64,000 nt of DNA from an uncultured Gemmatimonadaceae bacterium (GTDB lineage: Bacteria; Gemmatimonadota; Gemmatimonadetes; Gemmatimonadales; Gemmatimonadaceae): positions 64,001 through 128,000 of the forward strand of contig OY970320.1 in NCBI GenBank assembly GCA_963716745.1. Direction: 5' to 3'. The translations under genes and the position numbers were made by a program. How positions within the stretch are numbered: position 1 is the first letter of the stretch; the number at the start of each line of letters is the position of its first letter. The notes under the pieces are model-generated. The model saw nothing but the letters and a program-made list of their open reading frames with translations. It searched no databases and was not told where the DNA came from. Below are positions 32,575 through 43,136 of this stretch, piece by piece.

Positions 32575-33608
32575 CCGAGCGGCTCGATTACCGTTCCGCC
32601 GGTGTGGACATTGATGCCGCCGAGGATTCGAAGCACCGCATCGCGCGGCTCGTGGAGAGCACCTTCACGGCCGGCACGCGCGGGAAGTTCGGCGGCTTCG
32701 GCGGACTGTTCCGCGTGCCCGAGGGCGCGAAGGCGCCGCTGCTCGTGGCGAGCGCCGATGGCGTGGGCACCAAGATCAAGATCGCGATCGAGACCGAGCG
32801 CCACGATACCGTGGGCCACGATCTCGTGAACCACTGCACCAACGACATCCTCGTACAGGGTGCGGCGCCGCTTTTCTTCCTCGACTACGTCGCGTTCGGC
32901 GCGCTGGTGCCGAGCGTGGTCGAAGCCGTCGTGCGCGGCGTGGCCGCCGGCTGTCGCGAGAACGGCTGCGCGCTCCTCGGCGGCGAAACGGCCGAGATGC
33001 CGGGCGTCTACACGCCGCCCGACTACGATCTCGCCGGCTTCATCGTGGGGCTCGTGGAGGAGCCGAACGTCCTCGGCGCGGAGCGCGTGCGCGATGGCGA
33101 CATGCTCGTCGCGCTCGCGAGTTCGGGGCTGCACACGAACGGCTATTCCTTGGCGCGGCGCATCGTCCGCGACCGGATGAAGCTCGGCTGGGACGCGCCA
33201 TTCCCCGACGGCGGCGGTTCGGTGGCGGACGTCCTGCTGGCGGTGCACCGCTCGTATCTCGCGGCGTTGCGCCCGGTGCTCGGGCGGGTTCACGCGATGG
33301 CGCATATCACGGGCGGCGGCCTGCCGGGGAACCTCGACCGTGCGCTGCCGGTATCGTTGGATGCCATCGTCGACACCGCGAGCTGGGAGATCCCTGCGGT
33401 GTTCCGCGCGCTCGAGCGCGCCGGCGCCGTGGACCGCATGGAGATGTTTCGCGCGTTCAACATGGGAGTCGGGATGGTGGTCATCGCGCCGCCGGATGCA
33501 GTGGATGCCGTGCTCGCCGCCGCGGCAAAGGCGGGCGAGCGCGCTTGGGTGTTGGGCCACGTCGCGCCCGGCACAGGCCGGGTGCGGCTCACCTCACAAA
33601 CGGAGTGA
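32571..33608 (+). CDS. purM: Phosphoribosylformylglycinamidine cyclo-ligase
   Basis: YRSAGVDI, DGVGTK, GGETAEMPG, SSGLHTNGYSL, HITGGG, FNMGVG. Confidence 0.97.
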   Translation: MTERLDYRSAGVDIDAAEDSKHRIARLVESTFTAGTRGKFGGFGGLFRVPEGAKAPLLVASADGVGTKIKIAIETERHDTVGHDLVNHCTNDILVQGAAPLFFLDYVAFGALVPSVVEAVVRGVAAGCRENGCALLGGETAEMPGVYTPPDYDLAGFIVGLVEEPNVLGAERVRDGDMLVALASSGLHTNGYSLARRIVRDRMKLGWDAPFPDGGGSVADVLLAVHRSYLAALRPVLGRVHAMAHITGGGLPGNLDRALPVSLDAIVDTASWEIPAVFRALERAGAVDRMEMFRAFNMGVGMVVIAPPDAVDAVLAAAAKAGERAWVLGHVAPGTGRVRLTSQTE

Positions 33609-33613
33609 TCCTC

Positions 33614-34609
33614 ATGGCCGCTCGACTCGTCAGTTCGCTCGCCGCGCTCACGCTCCTGGCTGCCGTGGCCGCCGCACAAGGTGGCACCGTGAATCCGGCG
33701 TGCAGCGATCCGGCGTTCGTCGGCCCGATGCAGGAAGGGGGCAACCCCTGTCAGAAGGCGTACGACATGTTCGGCTACAGCACGCAGCAGTACGCGAACG
33801 TGATCGCCGCCGGCAATCCCGAGATCGGGCGCGCCGATGCCGTTGGGGGATTCCCGAAATTCCGCGTCGCGCTGGAACTCAGCTACGCGACCCTCGTGAC
33901 GCCCGCATTGCGCGAGAGCGGAACGATCGACACGGGACCCGCCGTATCCGGGACGATCCCGACATCGAGCGCGGACTACATCGCCGCACAGATCGATGGC
34001 GCGCTCGGCCTCTTCAACGGATTCGATCTCGGGGGGCTGCGCATCGGCGCGCTGGACGCGATCGCGACCATCAATTTCGTGCCGAGCACGACCGGCGGCG
34101 GCTTCACCGTGAGCGCGGACCACAAGGCCTACATCGGCTACGGCGGCCGGTTGGGCGTGCTGCAGGAAGGGAAGGTGATCCCCGCGGTCGGCGTGAGCTA
34201 CATGATCCGCGATCTGCCGAAAATGAATCTCATCGCGGATGATGTGGTCAACAACACCGTCGCCGTGTCGCAGATGAAGATGAATACCTCGGCATGGAGC
34301 GTGACGGTCGGCAAGCACTTCAAGGCGGTGAGCCTCGTGCTGGGCGGCGGTCAGACCAAGTTCGACGCGTCGGGGCTGCTCATGTGGTCGGTGAACGGCG
34401 TGAACCCCACGGTGTCGCCTTCGATCTCCGCGACGAGCATGCAGACGGACATTTACGGCGACTTCGGTGTGGATCTCGGGAGCAACGTGCACGTGATGGT
34501 CGAATACGGTGCGAGCTCCGGCGGTCAGATCAATACGTTCAACACGTTCGACCCGAGCGCGAATTCCATGCATTCCTACCTCACGGCGGCGATCACGTTT
34601 GGGCGGTGA
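33614..34609 (+). CDS. Secreted or outer-membrane beta-barrel-like hypothetical protein
   Basis: Signal peptide, N-terminal Cys pair, amphipathic beta strands, ends AITFGR; SD GGAG upstream. Confidence 0.6.
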   Translation: MAARLVSSLAALTLLAAVAAAQGGTVNPACSDPAFVGPMQEGGNPCQKAYDMFGYSTQQYANVIAAGNPEIGRADAVGGFPKFRVALELSYATLVTPALRESGTIDTGPAVSGTIPTSSADYIAAQIDGALGLFNGFDLGGLRIGALDAIATINFVPSTTGGGFTVSADHKAYIGYGGRLGVLQEGKVIPAVGVSYMIRDLPKMNLIADDVVNNTVAVSQMKMNTSAWSVTVGKHFKAVSLVLGGGQTKFDASGLLMWSVNGVNPTVSPSISATSMQTDIYGDFGVDLGSNVHVMVEYGASSGGQINTFNTFDPSANSMHSYLTAAITFGR

Positions 34610-34619
34610 ACCGCGGAAT

Positions 34620-35717
34620 GTGAAAGACGGCGGGGATGCCGCGCACATGGCGCTCGCGCTCGAAGCCGCGAGTCGCGGCTGGGGGCAGACGGCGCCGAAC
34701 CCGATGGTCGGCGCCGTCATCGTGCAGGAGAGTCGCGTGGTGGCCGTGGGCTGGCACGCGAGATATGGCGAGGCGCACGCCGAAACGATGGCGCTCGATC
34801 TCGCGGGCGAACGAGCGCGCGGGGCAGCGATGTTCGTCACGCTCGAACCCTGCACACATCACGGCAAGACGCCGCCCTGCGCCGCGGCGATCGTGCGCGC
34901 GGGGGTCGCGCGCGTCGTGATCGCGGCGCGCGATCCGAACCCTGAGGCGGCCGGCGGCGCGGCGCATCTTCGCGAAGCGGGGATCACGGTGGACATCGGT
35001 TTGGGCGCATTGCAGGCGAAGGAGCTCAACGCGCCATTCTTCAATTCATTCGCGTCGCGCCGTCCATGGATCACGCTCAAGCTCGCGCTCTCCGCGGACG
35101 CCGCCATCTCGGGCCCCGCGGGCAGTTCCACCTGGATCACTGGACCGTCTGCGCGCGCCGAAGCGCACCGGATGCGCGCCGGCAGCGACGCCGTGGCGGT
35201 CGGCATCGGCACCGTGCTCGCCGACGATCCGAGGCTCACGGTGCGCGACGCTCCGCCGCCGCGCCGGCCTCCGGTGCGAATCGTATTCGATCGCCACGCG
35301 CGGCTGCCGCTCGAGAGCAAGGTCGTGCGATCCGCGCGCGAGGTGCCGGTGATCGTGGTCGCCGAGTCGCCTCCGGCCGTGCGCCGCGAGGCGCTTGAGC
35401 GAGCGGGCGTCGAAGTGTTGCTCGCGCCGTCGCTCGAGGGATCGCTGGTGGCCTTGCGGGAGCGGGGCATTCGCTCGATGCTGGTCGAGGGCGGCGCCAA
35501 GCTCGCCGCGGCGTTCCTGCAGGCCGCACTCGTCGACCGATTGGTTATCTTTCAGGCGCCCACCGAACTCGGCGATGGCGGGCTGCGCCCATTCGACGCG
35601 CTGCCGGCGTCCATGGCACCGAATGCCGCGAACTATCGCGTGGTGACACAGCGCACGTTGGACGAAGATACGATGACCGTTTTCGCCGTGAGGGACCTCC
35701 CGTGTTCACCGGATTGA
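34620..35717 (+). CDS. ribD: Riboflavin biosynthesis deaminase/reductase
   Basis: PNPMVGA, HAE, TLEPCTHHGKTPPC, VEGG. Confidence 0.95.
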   Translation: MKDGGDAAHMALALEAASRGWGQTAPNPMVGAVIVQESRVVAVGWHARYGEAHAETMALDLAGERARGAAMFVTLEPCTHHGKTPPCAAAIVRAGVARVVIAARDPNPEAAGGAAHLREAGITVDIGLGALQAKELNAPFFNSFASRRPWITLKLALSADAAISGPAGSSTWITGPSARAEAHRMRAGSDAVAVGIGTVLADDPRLTVRDAPPPRRPPVRIVFDRHARLPLESKVVRSAREVPVIVVAESPPAVRREALERAGVEVLLAPSLEGSLVALRERGIRSMLVEGGAKLAAAFLQAALVDRLVIFQAPTELGDGGLRPFDALPASMAPNAANYRVVTQRTLDEDTMTVFAVRDLPCSPD

Positions 35718-36308
35718 TCGACGATGTCGGACTGATCGAGCGCGTCGCGGCCACGCCGGCCGGCGCCGAACTCACGGTCCGCTGCCGCTACGACGACCTC
35801 GCGCCCGGCGAGAGCATCGCGCTGAACGGCGCGTGCCTCACGGTGCGCGAGTGCGGTCCGCGGTGGTTCACCGTCGCGGCGGTGGTCACGACGGTCGAGC
35901 GCACGAACATCGGCAATTGGAAGCTCGGGCACGCGCGTGAACCTCGAGCGCGCGCTCAAGGCTGGCGACCGCCTCGGCGGCCACATCGTGCAGGGGCACG
36001 TGGACAGTGTTGCCGAGGTCCGGAAGGTCCGCGATGAGGGCGACGCGAGACTTCTCGATCTTTCGTTTCCACTCCCCCTTCTCGATCTGGTCGTGCTCCA
36101 CGGTTCGGTCGCGATCGATGGCGTGAGCCTCACGGTGAACGCGTTGCCGGCACCGGACGTCGTGCAGGTCGCGCTCATCGACTATACGCTTCGCCATACG
36201 ACGCTCGGCGGCCTCGCCGCTGGCGACCGCGTGCATGTCGAGGCGGACGTCGTTGCGAAACATGTGCAGCGTTTGATGGCGCCGTTCAGCGCCGGGATGA
36301 TCTCGTGA
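35702..36308 (+). CDS. ribE: Riboflavin synthase (alpha chain); apparent +1 frameshift near 35927-35930
   Basis: MFTGLI, SIALNGACLTV; VNLERAL..GDRLGGHIVQGHVD, GVSLTVN. Confidence 0.93.
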
Positions 36309-37519
36309 GCTCGCCCTTCGGCACTGTCGAGCAGGCGATCGCGGACATCCGCGCCGGCAAGCTCATCATCGTGGCCGACGATGAGGACCGCGAGAACGAG
36401 GGCGATCTCATCGGCGCCGCCGAGCTCATGACGCCGGAGATGGTGAACTTCGTGACCAAGCGCGGCAGCGGGCTGCTGTGCCTCGCGTTGCCGTCCGATC
36501 GCTGCGATGCGCTCGGCCTCACCGCCGTCTCCGAGAATAACGTGGACGCGTATCGCACCGCGTACACGGTGAGCATCGATGCGATGCCGCGCCACGGCGT
36601 TACCACCGGGATCAGTGCGAGCGATCGCGCGATCACGATCCGTGTGGCGGCCGATCCGTCGACGACGGCGGCCGACATCCGCCATGGCGGCCACATCCAG
36701 CCGCTCCGCGCGCGGCGCGGCGGCGTGCTCGAGCGCACCGGGCACACCGAGGCGGCGATCGACCTCGCGCGCCTCGCCGGACTTCAGCCCGCCGGCGTCG
36801 TGTGCGAGATCCTGCGCGATGACAACGGCCAGCCGGCGCGCCGCCCCGAACTCGAAGCGTTCGCCGCCGAGCACAAGCTCACGTTCATCACGGTGGCGCA
36901 GCTCGTGGCGCACCGGCTGCAGAACGAGCGCCTCGTGCATCGCGTCGCCGAAGCGCGGCTCCCCACGGAGTGGGGCGAGTGGCGGATCATCGGCTACCGG
37001 AACGACGTCGACGCGCATGAGCACGTGGCGCTCGTATTCGGCGACGTCACCGGCGGCGACGACGTGCTCGCGCGGATGCACTCGCGCTGCCTGACCGGCG
37101 ACGTGTTCGGGTCGCAGCGCTGCGATTGCGGCTGGCAGCTGCACAGCGCCATGCAGATGATCGCGGAGGCGGGCCGCGGTGTGGTGGTATACCTCGACCA
37201 GGAAGGCCGCGGCATCGGTCTGCTCAACAAGCTCCGTGCGTACGCGCTGCAAGATGCCGGTGCGGACACGGTGGAGGCGAACGAGCAGCTCGGCTTCAAG
37301 CCCGATCTTCGCAACTACGGGATCGGCGCGCAGATCCTGCTCGATCTCGGCCTCAAGTCCATTCGGCCGATGACGAACAATCCGCGCAAGATCGTGGGCC
37401 TCGAAGGCTACGGCCTCGGTGTCGGTGAGCGCGTGCCGATCCGCGCGCCGAGCACCGCCGAGAACAGCGGCTATCTCGCGGCGAAACAGAGCAAGCTCGG
37501 CCACCTGTTGGCGCACTGA
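36305..37519 (+). CDS. ribBA: Bifunctional DHBP synthase / GTP cyclohydrolase II
   Basis: DDEDRENEGD, RTGHTEA, RMHSRCLTGDVFGSQRCDCG, QEGRGIGL. Confidence 0.97.
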   Translation: MSSPFGTVEQAIADIRAGKLIIVADDEDRENEGDLIGAAELMTPEMVNFVTKRGSGLLCLALPSDRCDALGLTAVSENNVDAYRTAYTVSIDAMPRHGVTTGISASDRAITIRVAADPSTTAADIRHGGHIQPLRARRGGVLERTGHTEAAIDLARLAGLQPAGVVCEILRDDNGQPARRPELEAFAAEHKLTFITVAQLVAHRLQNERLVHRVAEARLPTEWGEWRIIGYRNDVDAHEHVALVFGDVTGGDDVLARMHSRCLTGDVFGSQRCDCGWQLHSAMQMIAEAGRGVVVYLDQEGRGIGLLNKLRAYALQDAGADTVEANEQLGFKPDLRNYGIGAQILLDLGLKSIRPMTNNPRKIVGLEGYGLGVGERVPIRAPSTAENSGYLAAKQSKLGHLLAH

Positions 37520-37998
37520 TGGCCGAGTTCAGCGGCACGCCCACCGGCGCAGGGCGTCGCATCGCCGTGGCCGTGAGCCGGTTCAACGAGACGGTCACGC
37601 AGAAGCTGGTGGACGGCGCGCTCGATGCGTTGCTCAAGCACGGCGTGAAGCTCGACGATGTGGACGTGGTGTGGGTGCCCGGCGCATGGGAATTGCCCGC
37701 GGCGGCGCGCGTGCTGCTGGCCACGGAGCGCTACGACGCGCTCGTCGCGCTCGGCGCGGTGATCCGCGGCGAGACGCCGCACTTCGACTACGTCGCCGGC
37801 GAAGGCGCGCGCGGTCTTGCCGACGCCGCCGCCATGGCGAACGTGCCGCTCGGCTTCGGATTGCTCACGTGCGATACGGTGGAGCAGGCGATGGACCGTG
37901 CCGGCGGCGCGCACGGCAACAAGGGGTGGGACGCTGCGATCGCCGCGCTCGAAATGGCCGACCTGTTCGACCAGCTCCAGGCGGGCGATGAAGATTGA
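37519..37998 (+). CDS. ribH: 6,7-dimethyl-8-ribityllumazine synthase
   Basis: SRFN, VPGAWELP, VIRGETPHFDYV, GNKG. Confidence 0.97.
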   Translation: MAEFSGTPTGAGRRIAVAVSRFNETVTQKLVDGALDALLKHGVKLDDVDVVWVPGAWELPAAARVLLATERYDALVALGAVIRGETPHFDYVAGEGARGLADAAAMANVPLGFGLLTCDTVEQAMDRAGGAHGNKGWDAAIAALEMADLFDQLQAGDED

Positions 37999-38401
37999 GA
38001 CCCGCGCCCGGGCGCGCGCGGTGCAGGCGGTGTACGCATGGGACGTGACCGGCGCGGAATCGCTCGAGCGCGTTGCCGAGCGCCTCTGGGATGACATCGT
38101 GGTCACCGGCACCGTGCGGCGCCGCGCCGCATCGCTGGTGCGAGCCGTGAGCGAACGATGCACCGCCATCGACGGACTTCTGCGCGACGTCACCGAGAAC
38201 TGGCGCCTCGAACGACTCGGCGCCATCGAGCGCTCGGTGTTGCGCGTGGCGGCGGCCGAGCTCGCGATGGAGGAGACGCCGCCCAAAGTGGTGATCCAGG
38301 AAGCGGTGCGGCTCACCGAACGCTTCGGCAGCGAGGCGAGCGCCCGCTTCGTGAACGGCGTGCTCGACGCGCTCGCGCGGCACATGGGGCGGTTGACGTG
38401 A
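37988..38401 (+). CDS. nusB: Transcription antitermination factor NusB
   Basis: RARARAVQAVY, NWRLERL, PKVVIQEAV, FVNGVLD; follows ribH. Confidence 0.93.
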   Translation: MKIETRARARAVQAVYAWDVTGAESLERVAERLWDDIVVTGTVRRRAASLVRAVSERCTAIDGLLRDVTENWRLERLGAIERSVLRVAAAELAMEETPPKVVIQEAVRLTERFGSEASARFVNGVLDALARHMGRLT

Positions 38402-39498
38402 GGATCGTCGTCGTCAACTGGAACGATCGCGAGAATCCACATGCCGGCGGCGCCGAGATCCACCTCCACGAGATCTTCGGCCGCCTCGCGGCGCGGGGCC
38501 ACGCGGTGTCGCTCTTGAGCAGCGGGTGGCCGGGCTGCGCGCCGCGCGCCGAGCTCGACGGCATCGACGTGCACCGCGTCGCCGCGCGCTACACGTTCGA
38601 GTTCCATGCGCGAGCCTACTACCGGCGCGTGCTCGCGCCGTTGAACGCGGATGTCCTCGTGGAGGACATCAACAAGGTGCCGCTGTACACGCCGCGCTGG
38701 GGCGCGCGCCGCACGATGGCGCTGGTGCCGCATCTGTTCGGCAGTACGGCGTTCCAGGAGGTGTCCTGGCCGATGGCGGCCATGGTGTGGACGCTGGAGC
38801 GGCCGCTCGTGCCGCTCTATCGCGGCATCCCGTTCGAGGCCATCAGCGAGAGCACCGCCGACGATCTGGCGGCGCGCGGCCTGCCGCGCGGCGACGTGCG
38901 CGTCATCTATCCCGGCATCGATTCGGCGTTCTACACGCCCGCGCCGGGTGATCGCGCGCCGGAGCCGCTGTTCGTCTACCTCGGCCGGCTCAAGCGATAC
39001 AAGCGCGTGGACTTGATCATCCGCGCGTTCGCCGCAATGCAGCATCCCACCGCGCGGCTGGCCATCGCGGGCACCGGCGGCCATCGCGGGGAGCTCGCGG
39101 CATTGGCGCGCTCGCTTGACCTCGACAGTCGCGTGGAGTTTCTTGGATTCGTGTCGGATACGCAGAAGCTCGCGCTGCTGCGCCGCGCGTGGGCGCTCGT
39201 GTTCACGTCACCCAAGGAAGGGTGGGGGATCACGAATTTCGAGGCGGCGGCGTGCTGTACGCCCGTGATCGCGTCGGATTCGCCGGGGCTGCGCGAGTCG
39301 GTGCGCGATGGCGAGACCGGATTCCTCGTACCGCACGGCGATGTCGCGGCCCTGACCGCATCGATGGCTCGCATCGCGGGCGATCCCGCGCTCGTGGCGT
39401 CGCTGGGCGCCAAGGGTCGGGTGTTCGCCGAACGGTTCTCGTGGGAACGGGCGGCCGATCAGACGGAAGCGCACCTCGCGGCGATCGCGGGCGCGTAG
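38398..39498 (+). CDS. Glycosyltransferase family 4
   Basis: AGGAE, YLGRLKRYK, EGWGITNFEA. Confidence 0.9.
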   Translation: MRIVVVNWNDRENPHAGGAEIHLHEIFGRLAARGHAVSLLSSGWPGCAPRAELDGIDVHRVAARYTFEFHARAYYRRVLAPLNADVLVEDINKVPLYTPRWGARRTMALVPHLFGSTAFQEVSWPMAAMVWTLERPLVPLYRGIPFEAISESTADDLAARGLPRGDVRVIYPGIDSAFYTPAPGDRAPEPLFVYLGRLKRYKRVDLIIRAFAAMQHPTARLAIAGTGGHRGELAALARSLDLDSRVEFLGFVSDTQKLALLRRAWALVFTSPKEGWGITNFEAAACCTPVIASDSPGLRESVRDGETGFLVPHGDVAALTASMARIAGDPALVASLGAKGRVFAERFSWERAADQTEAHLAAIAGA

Positions 39499-39516
39499 CT
39501 CAACCGGAGATTCACC

Positions 39517-39828
39517 GTGCGCATCGACTTTCACGCTCACCAAACCCTGATCTCGGATTCTCTCCGTCTGCGTGCGACGCGCGCGATCGCGCGCCTTGCC
39601 GAGCGCACGCCCCATCCGGTGGACGCGGCGGTGCGCGTCGAGCGCGATGGACCGGAGGTACACGTCGAGGTGGAGCTCCACGCCAAGCGCCGGCGGCCGC
39701 TCGTGGGCACCGCCCGCGCCCGTCACGCGGGGCCGGCGTTCACAGCGGCGATCGCGGGGCTCGAGGCGCAGGTGACCAAGGCGCGCACGCGCATCGCGAC
39801 GCGGCGCACCACGAGCGCCCGCGCATGA
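39517..39828 (+). CDS. HPF/RaiA-like ribosome-associated protein
   Basis: About 100 aa beta-alpha-beta-beta-beta-alpha pattern; position upstream of hprK. Confidence 0.65.
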   Translation: MRIDFHAHQTLISDSLRLRATRAIARLAERTPHPVDAAVRVERDGPEVHVEVELHAKRRRPLVGTARARHAGPAFTAAIAGLEAQVTKARTRIATRRTTSARA

Positions 39829-40796
39829 AGCAGCCGTTCACCGTGGGGCGGCTCTTCGAGATGATGCGCGAGCCGCTGCAGCTCGAACTCATCGGCGACG
39901 ACGCCGGCCTCAAGCGCGAGATCAAGAGCAGCGAGGTATCGAGCCCCGGGCTGGTGCTCGCCGGGTACGTGGAGCGCTTCCCTGCGGACCGCGTGCAAGT
40001 GTTCGGCCAGACGGAGATCACCTATCTCGTCGCGCTGCCGGAGCATGAGCGCCGCCGGCTGCTGGAGCTGTTCTTCTCCTTCGACGTGCCGTGCGTCGTG
40101 GTGACCAAGGGGCAGGCGATCCCCGCCGAGATGCGCGAGCGCGCGTCGCAGCGCGGCGTGCCCATTCTGCGCACCGCGCTCACCACCTCCGACTTCTTCC
40201 AGAAGGTAAAGCCGTTCATCGCCGATGAGTTCGCGCCCACCACCACGCTCCATGGATCGCTCGCCGACATCTACGGCGTCGGCGTGCTCTTCACCGGACA
40301 GAGCGGCATCGGGAAATCCGAGTGCGTGCTCGATCTCGTCGAACGCGGCCATCGCCTGGTCGCGGACGATCTCGTGATCGCCTCGCGCCGCGGCAGCGAC
40401 ATCATCATCGGGCGCGGCCATGAGAATCAGCGCCACCACATGGAGATCCGCGGCGTGGGCGTGATCGACATCCCGTCGATCTTCGGCGTGCGCGCGGTGC
40501 GCCAGCAGAAACGCATCGAGGTCGTGGTGCACCTCGAGGAGTGGGACAAGGCGAAGGGCGCGGACCGCACGGGGCTCGACAGCGCCGTCGCGAACATCCT
40601 GGGCGTGGAACTGCCCAAGGCGGTGATCCCGCTCAATCCCGGCAAGAACATCACCGTGGTCGCCGAGGTCGTCGCGATGAACCACCTGCTCAAGTACAGC
40701 GGCGTGAACGCGGCCGAGGATTTCAACGACAAGCTCATCGCGCGTATGCGCGCCACCGCCGACCTGCGGCGCTACCTCGCGGAAGACGATGAATGA
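39825..40796 (+). CDS. hprK: HPr(Ser) kinase/phosphorylase
   Basis: GQSGIGKSE, GHRLVADD, MEIRGVG, PGKNI. Confidence 0.96.
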   Translation: MKQPFTVGRLFEMMREPLQLELIGDDAGLKREIKSSEVSSPGLVLAGYVERFPADRVQVFGQTEITYLVALPEHERRRLLELFFSFDVPCVVVTKGQAIPAEMRERASQRGVPILRTALTTSDFFQKVKPFIADEFAPTTTLHGSLADIYGVGVLFTGQSGIGKSECVLDLVERGHRLVADDLVIASRRGSDIIIGRGHENQRHHMEIRGVGVIDIPSIFGVRAVRQQKRIEVVVHLEEWDKAKGADRTGLDSAVANILGVELPKAVIPLNPGKNITVVAEVVAMNHLLKYSGVNAAEDFNDKLIARMRATADLRRYLAEDDE

Positions 40797-41187
40797 CCGT
40801 CCCGCGGCGATCGTGCTCGCGCACGGTACGCTCGCCGATGGACTCGTGAACGCGGTCGACACGATCAGCGGACGCGGCGGGCGCCTCATGGCCATCTCCA
40901 ACGAGGGGCTGAGCGCCACGGATCTCGCCGCGCGCCTCGTGGCCGCACTCGATGCCACGGGTGCGCACGTGATCTTCACTGATCTGCCCGCCGGCAGCTG
41001 CAACTCGGCGGCCGTGCGCGCCATCCAGGGGCGCCCGGGTGCCGTCGTCGTCATGGGCGCGAACCTCCCCGCGCTGCTCCACTTCGCGATGCACGACGAG
41101 CTGCCACCGGAGTCGGCCGCACGCGAGGCCGCGACGCGGGGACTCGCCGTCTTGAAAGCGTATCCCGGCGCACCCAGTGCCGATTGA
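40789..41187 (+). CDS. PTS mannose-family IIA component
   Basis: VLAHG (phospho-His), TDLPAGS, GANLP. Confidence 0.85.
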   Translation: MNDRPAAIVLAHGTLADGLVNAVDTISGRGGRLMAISNEGLSATDLAARLVAALDATGAHVIFTDLPAGSCNSAAVRAIQGRPGAVVVMGANLPALLHFAMHDELPPESAAREAATRGLAVLKAYPGAPSAD

Positions 41188-41668
41188 GCTCAACCGGGTG
41201 GACGACCGGCTGATCCACGGCCAGGTCGTCGTCGGGTGGGGCCAACCGTTGTCGCTCGCGCGCATCCTGCTCGTGGATGACATGATCGCGGCGAGCGAAT
41301 GGGAACAGGAGCTGTACCGCATGGGTGTGCCGCCCGAGATGGACGTGCAGTTCGCCTCGGTGGCCGAGGCGGCGGCGCAGTGGGTGGCGTGGAACGCCGA
41401 TCCGCGCCCCGCGGTCCTGCTCACCGCGAGCGTTGACGCCATGGTGCGTCTCGCCGCGAGCGTGCCCGCGCTCCGAATGGTGAATCTTGGGGGCGTGCAT
41501 CAGGGCGCAGGCCGCGCGGAATACCTGCGCTATCTGTATCTCACGCCGCAGGAGATACACCAGCTCTCGGCGCTCGCGGAACGCGGCGTGGAGGTCACCG
41601 CGCGTGACGTGCCCACCGCCGGCCCGGTGCCGCTCGCCACGATCCTCGCCGCGCACAACGCTTCGTGA
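41177..41668 (+). CDS. PTS mannose-family IIB component
   Basis: RVDDRLIHGQVV, VNLGG, ARDVP. Confidence 0.92.
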   Translation: MPIELNRVDDRLIHGQVVVGWGQPLSLARILLVDDMIAASEWEQELYRMGVPPEMDVQFASVAEAAAQWVAWNADPRPAVLLTASVDAMVRLAASVPALRMVNLGGVHQGAGRAEYLRYLYLTPQEIHQLSALAERGVEVTARDVPTAGPVPLATILAAHNAS

Positions 41669-42345
41669 CCGAGACCACCGTGCTGCCGCTCGCGCTCTTG
41701 GGCGGGATCGTGGGGCTGGACGTCGTGAGCTTCCCGCAAGCGATGTGGTCGCGGCCGATCGTCGCCGCCACGCTCGGCGGCGCCCTCGCGGGCGATCCGG
41801 CGCGCGGTCTGCTCGCCGGCGTCGTGCTCGAGATGCTGGCGATGGAGATGCTGCCGGTGGGTGCGTCGCGCTATCCGGAGTGGGGCACGGCATTGGTGGT
41901 GGGAGGCGCGATCGCCGCCGCGGCGCCGTTCAGCGCCGGCGAGCTCGTGCTCGGTATCATGACGGCGCTCGCCACCGCCTGGGCCGGCGGATGGTCGATG
42001 CATGTGTTGCGGCGGCTGAACGTGAAATGGAGCACGCGCTCGCGCGCCGCGCTCGAGGCGGGCGATACCCGCGTCGTGAATGCGCTCCAGATCCGCGGCC
42101 TCGTAGCCGATTTCACACGCGGCGCTGCGCTCACCGCGGTCGCCGCGCTGCTGGCGCGCCCGCTCGTCGATGCGCTCGCGACGCGTTGCATTCCATCCGC
42201 CGGCGTCGCACTCGCTACGCTCGCGGCACTCGCCGTCGCCGTCGCTGCCGCCGCCGCCTGGCGCAACGCTCCGCCGTCGCGCGCCGTACGATTGGTGGCC
42301 GCGCTCTCGTTGCTCGCCGGGATCGGCATCGCGGTGCTTCGATGA
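41665..42345 (+). CDS. PTS mannose-family IIC component
   Basis: QAMWSRPIVA, GD...GL, PVGASRYPE; multi-TM. Confidence 0.85.
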   Translation: MTETTVLPLALLGGIVGLDVVSFPQAMWSRPIVAATLGGALAGDPARGLLAGVVLEMLAMEMLPVGASRYPEWGTALVVGGAIAAAAPFSAGELVLGIMTALATAWAGGWSMHVLRRLNVKWSTRSRAALEAGDTRVVNALQIRGLVADFTRGAALTAVAALLARPLVDALATRCIPSAGVALATLAALAVAVAAAAAWRNAPPSRAVRLVAALSLLAGIGIAVLR

Positions 42346-43136
42346 CCGCCGAGGCACGAGGCACGATGCCCGATGCACGCCTCCCTCTCGGCGTCCGCCT
42401 CGCCGTCTTGACCCGTCTCCTCGCCATCCAATCCTCTTGGAACTACGAGACTCTGATCGGCAACGGCATCGCCTTCGCGCTCGAACCCGCGTTGCGCCGC
42501 CTCCCCGGCGGTCCGCAGGGCGACGCATATCGTTCGGCGATGGCGCGGGAGGCGCGCTACTTCAACGCGCACCCGTATCTGGCCGGGCTCGCGGTGGGCG
42601 CGTTGGCTCGTGCCGAACTGGACGCCACGCCGCCGGAAACGATCGAGCGTTTCCGCAACGCGCTCGTCGGACCCCTCGGGAGTGTCGGGGATCAACTGTT
42701 CTGGGCCGGGTGGCTCCCGTGCTGTGCGATGATCGCGCTCCTCGCCTACGGATCGGGCGCATCCACGCTTTTCGTCGTGATGCTCTTCCTCGGAGCGTAC
42801 AACGCGGGCCATATTGCAATGCGCATTTGGGGGCTCGACGCCGGATTCCGATCCGGTCTTCGCGTTGCCGGTGCGCTCGCGCATCCGGTGTTGCGCGAGG
42901 GTCCGCGGCGGATCGCTGCGGCGACGCTGGTGATCGCGGGATTCGCACTGCCGCTCGCGGCGGCGCGGATCATCGGTTCGGGCGCTCCGCTGGGTTCGAC
43001 CGGGTTGCGCTGGCTGATCGCGGCGGGCGCGGCCGTGATGTCCGTCGCACTCGTGCGGCTGCGTGGACGGGTGGAAGGCTGGAAGCTCGCGTTCGGTGTC
43101 CTCGTGCTCCTCGTCATCTACTCCGTGCTGCGATGA
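42342..43136 (+). CDS. PTS mannose-family IID component
   Basis: QSSWNYE, YFNAHPY, GPLGSVGDQLFW. Confidence 0.9.
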   Translation: MTAEARGTMPDARLPLGVRLAVLTRLLAIQSSWNYETLIGNGIAFALEPALRRLPGGPQGDAYRSAMAREARYFNAHPYLAGLAVGALARAELDATPPETIERFRNALVGPLGSVGDQLFWAGWLPCCAMIALLAYGSGASTLFVVMLFLGAYNAGHIAMRIWGLDAGFRSGLRVAGALAHPVLREGPRRIAAATLVIAGFALPLAAARIIGSGAPLGSTGLRWLIAAGAAVMSVALVRLRGRVEGWKLAFGVLVLLVIYSVLR

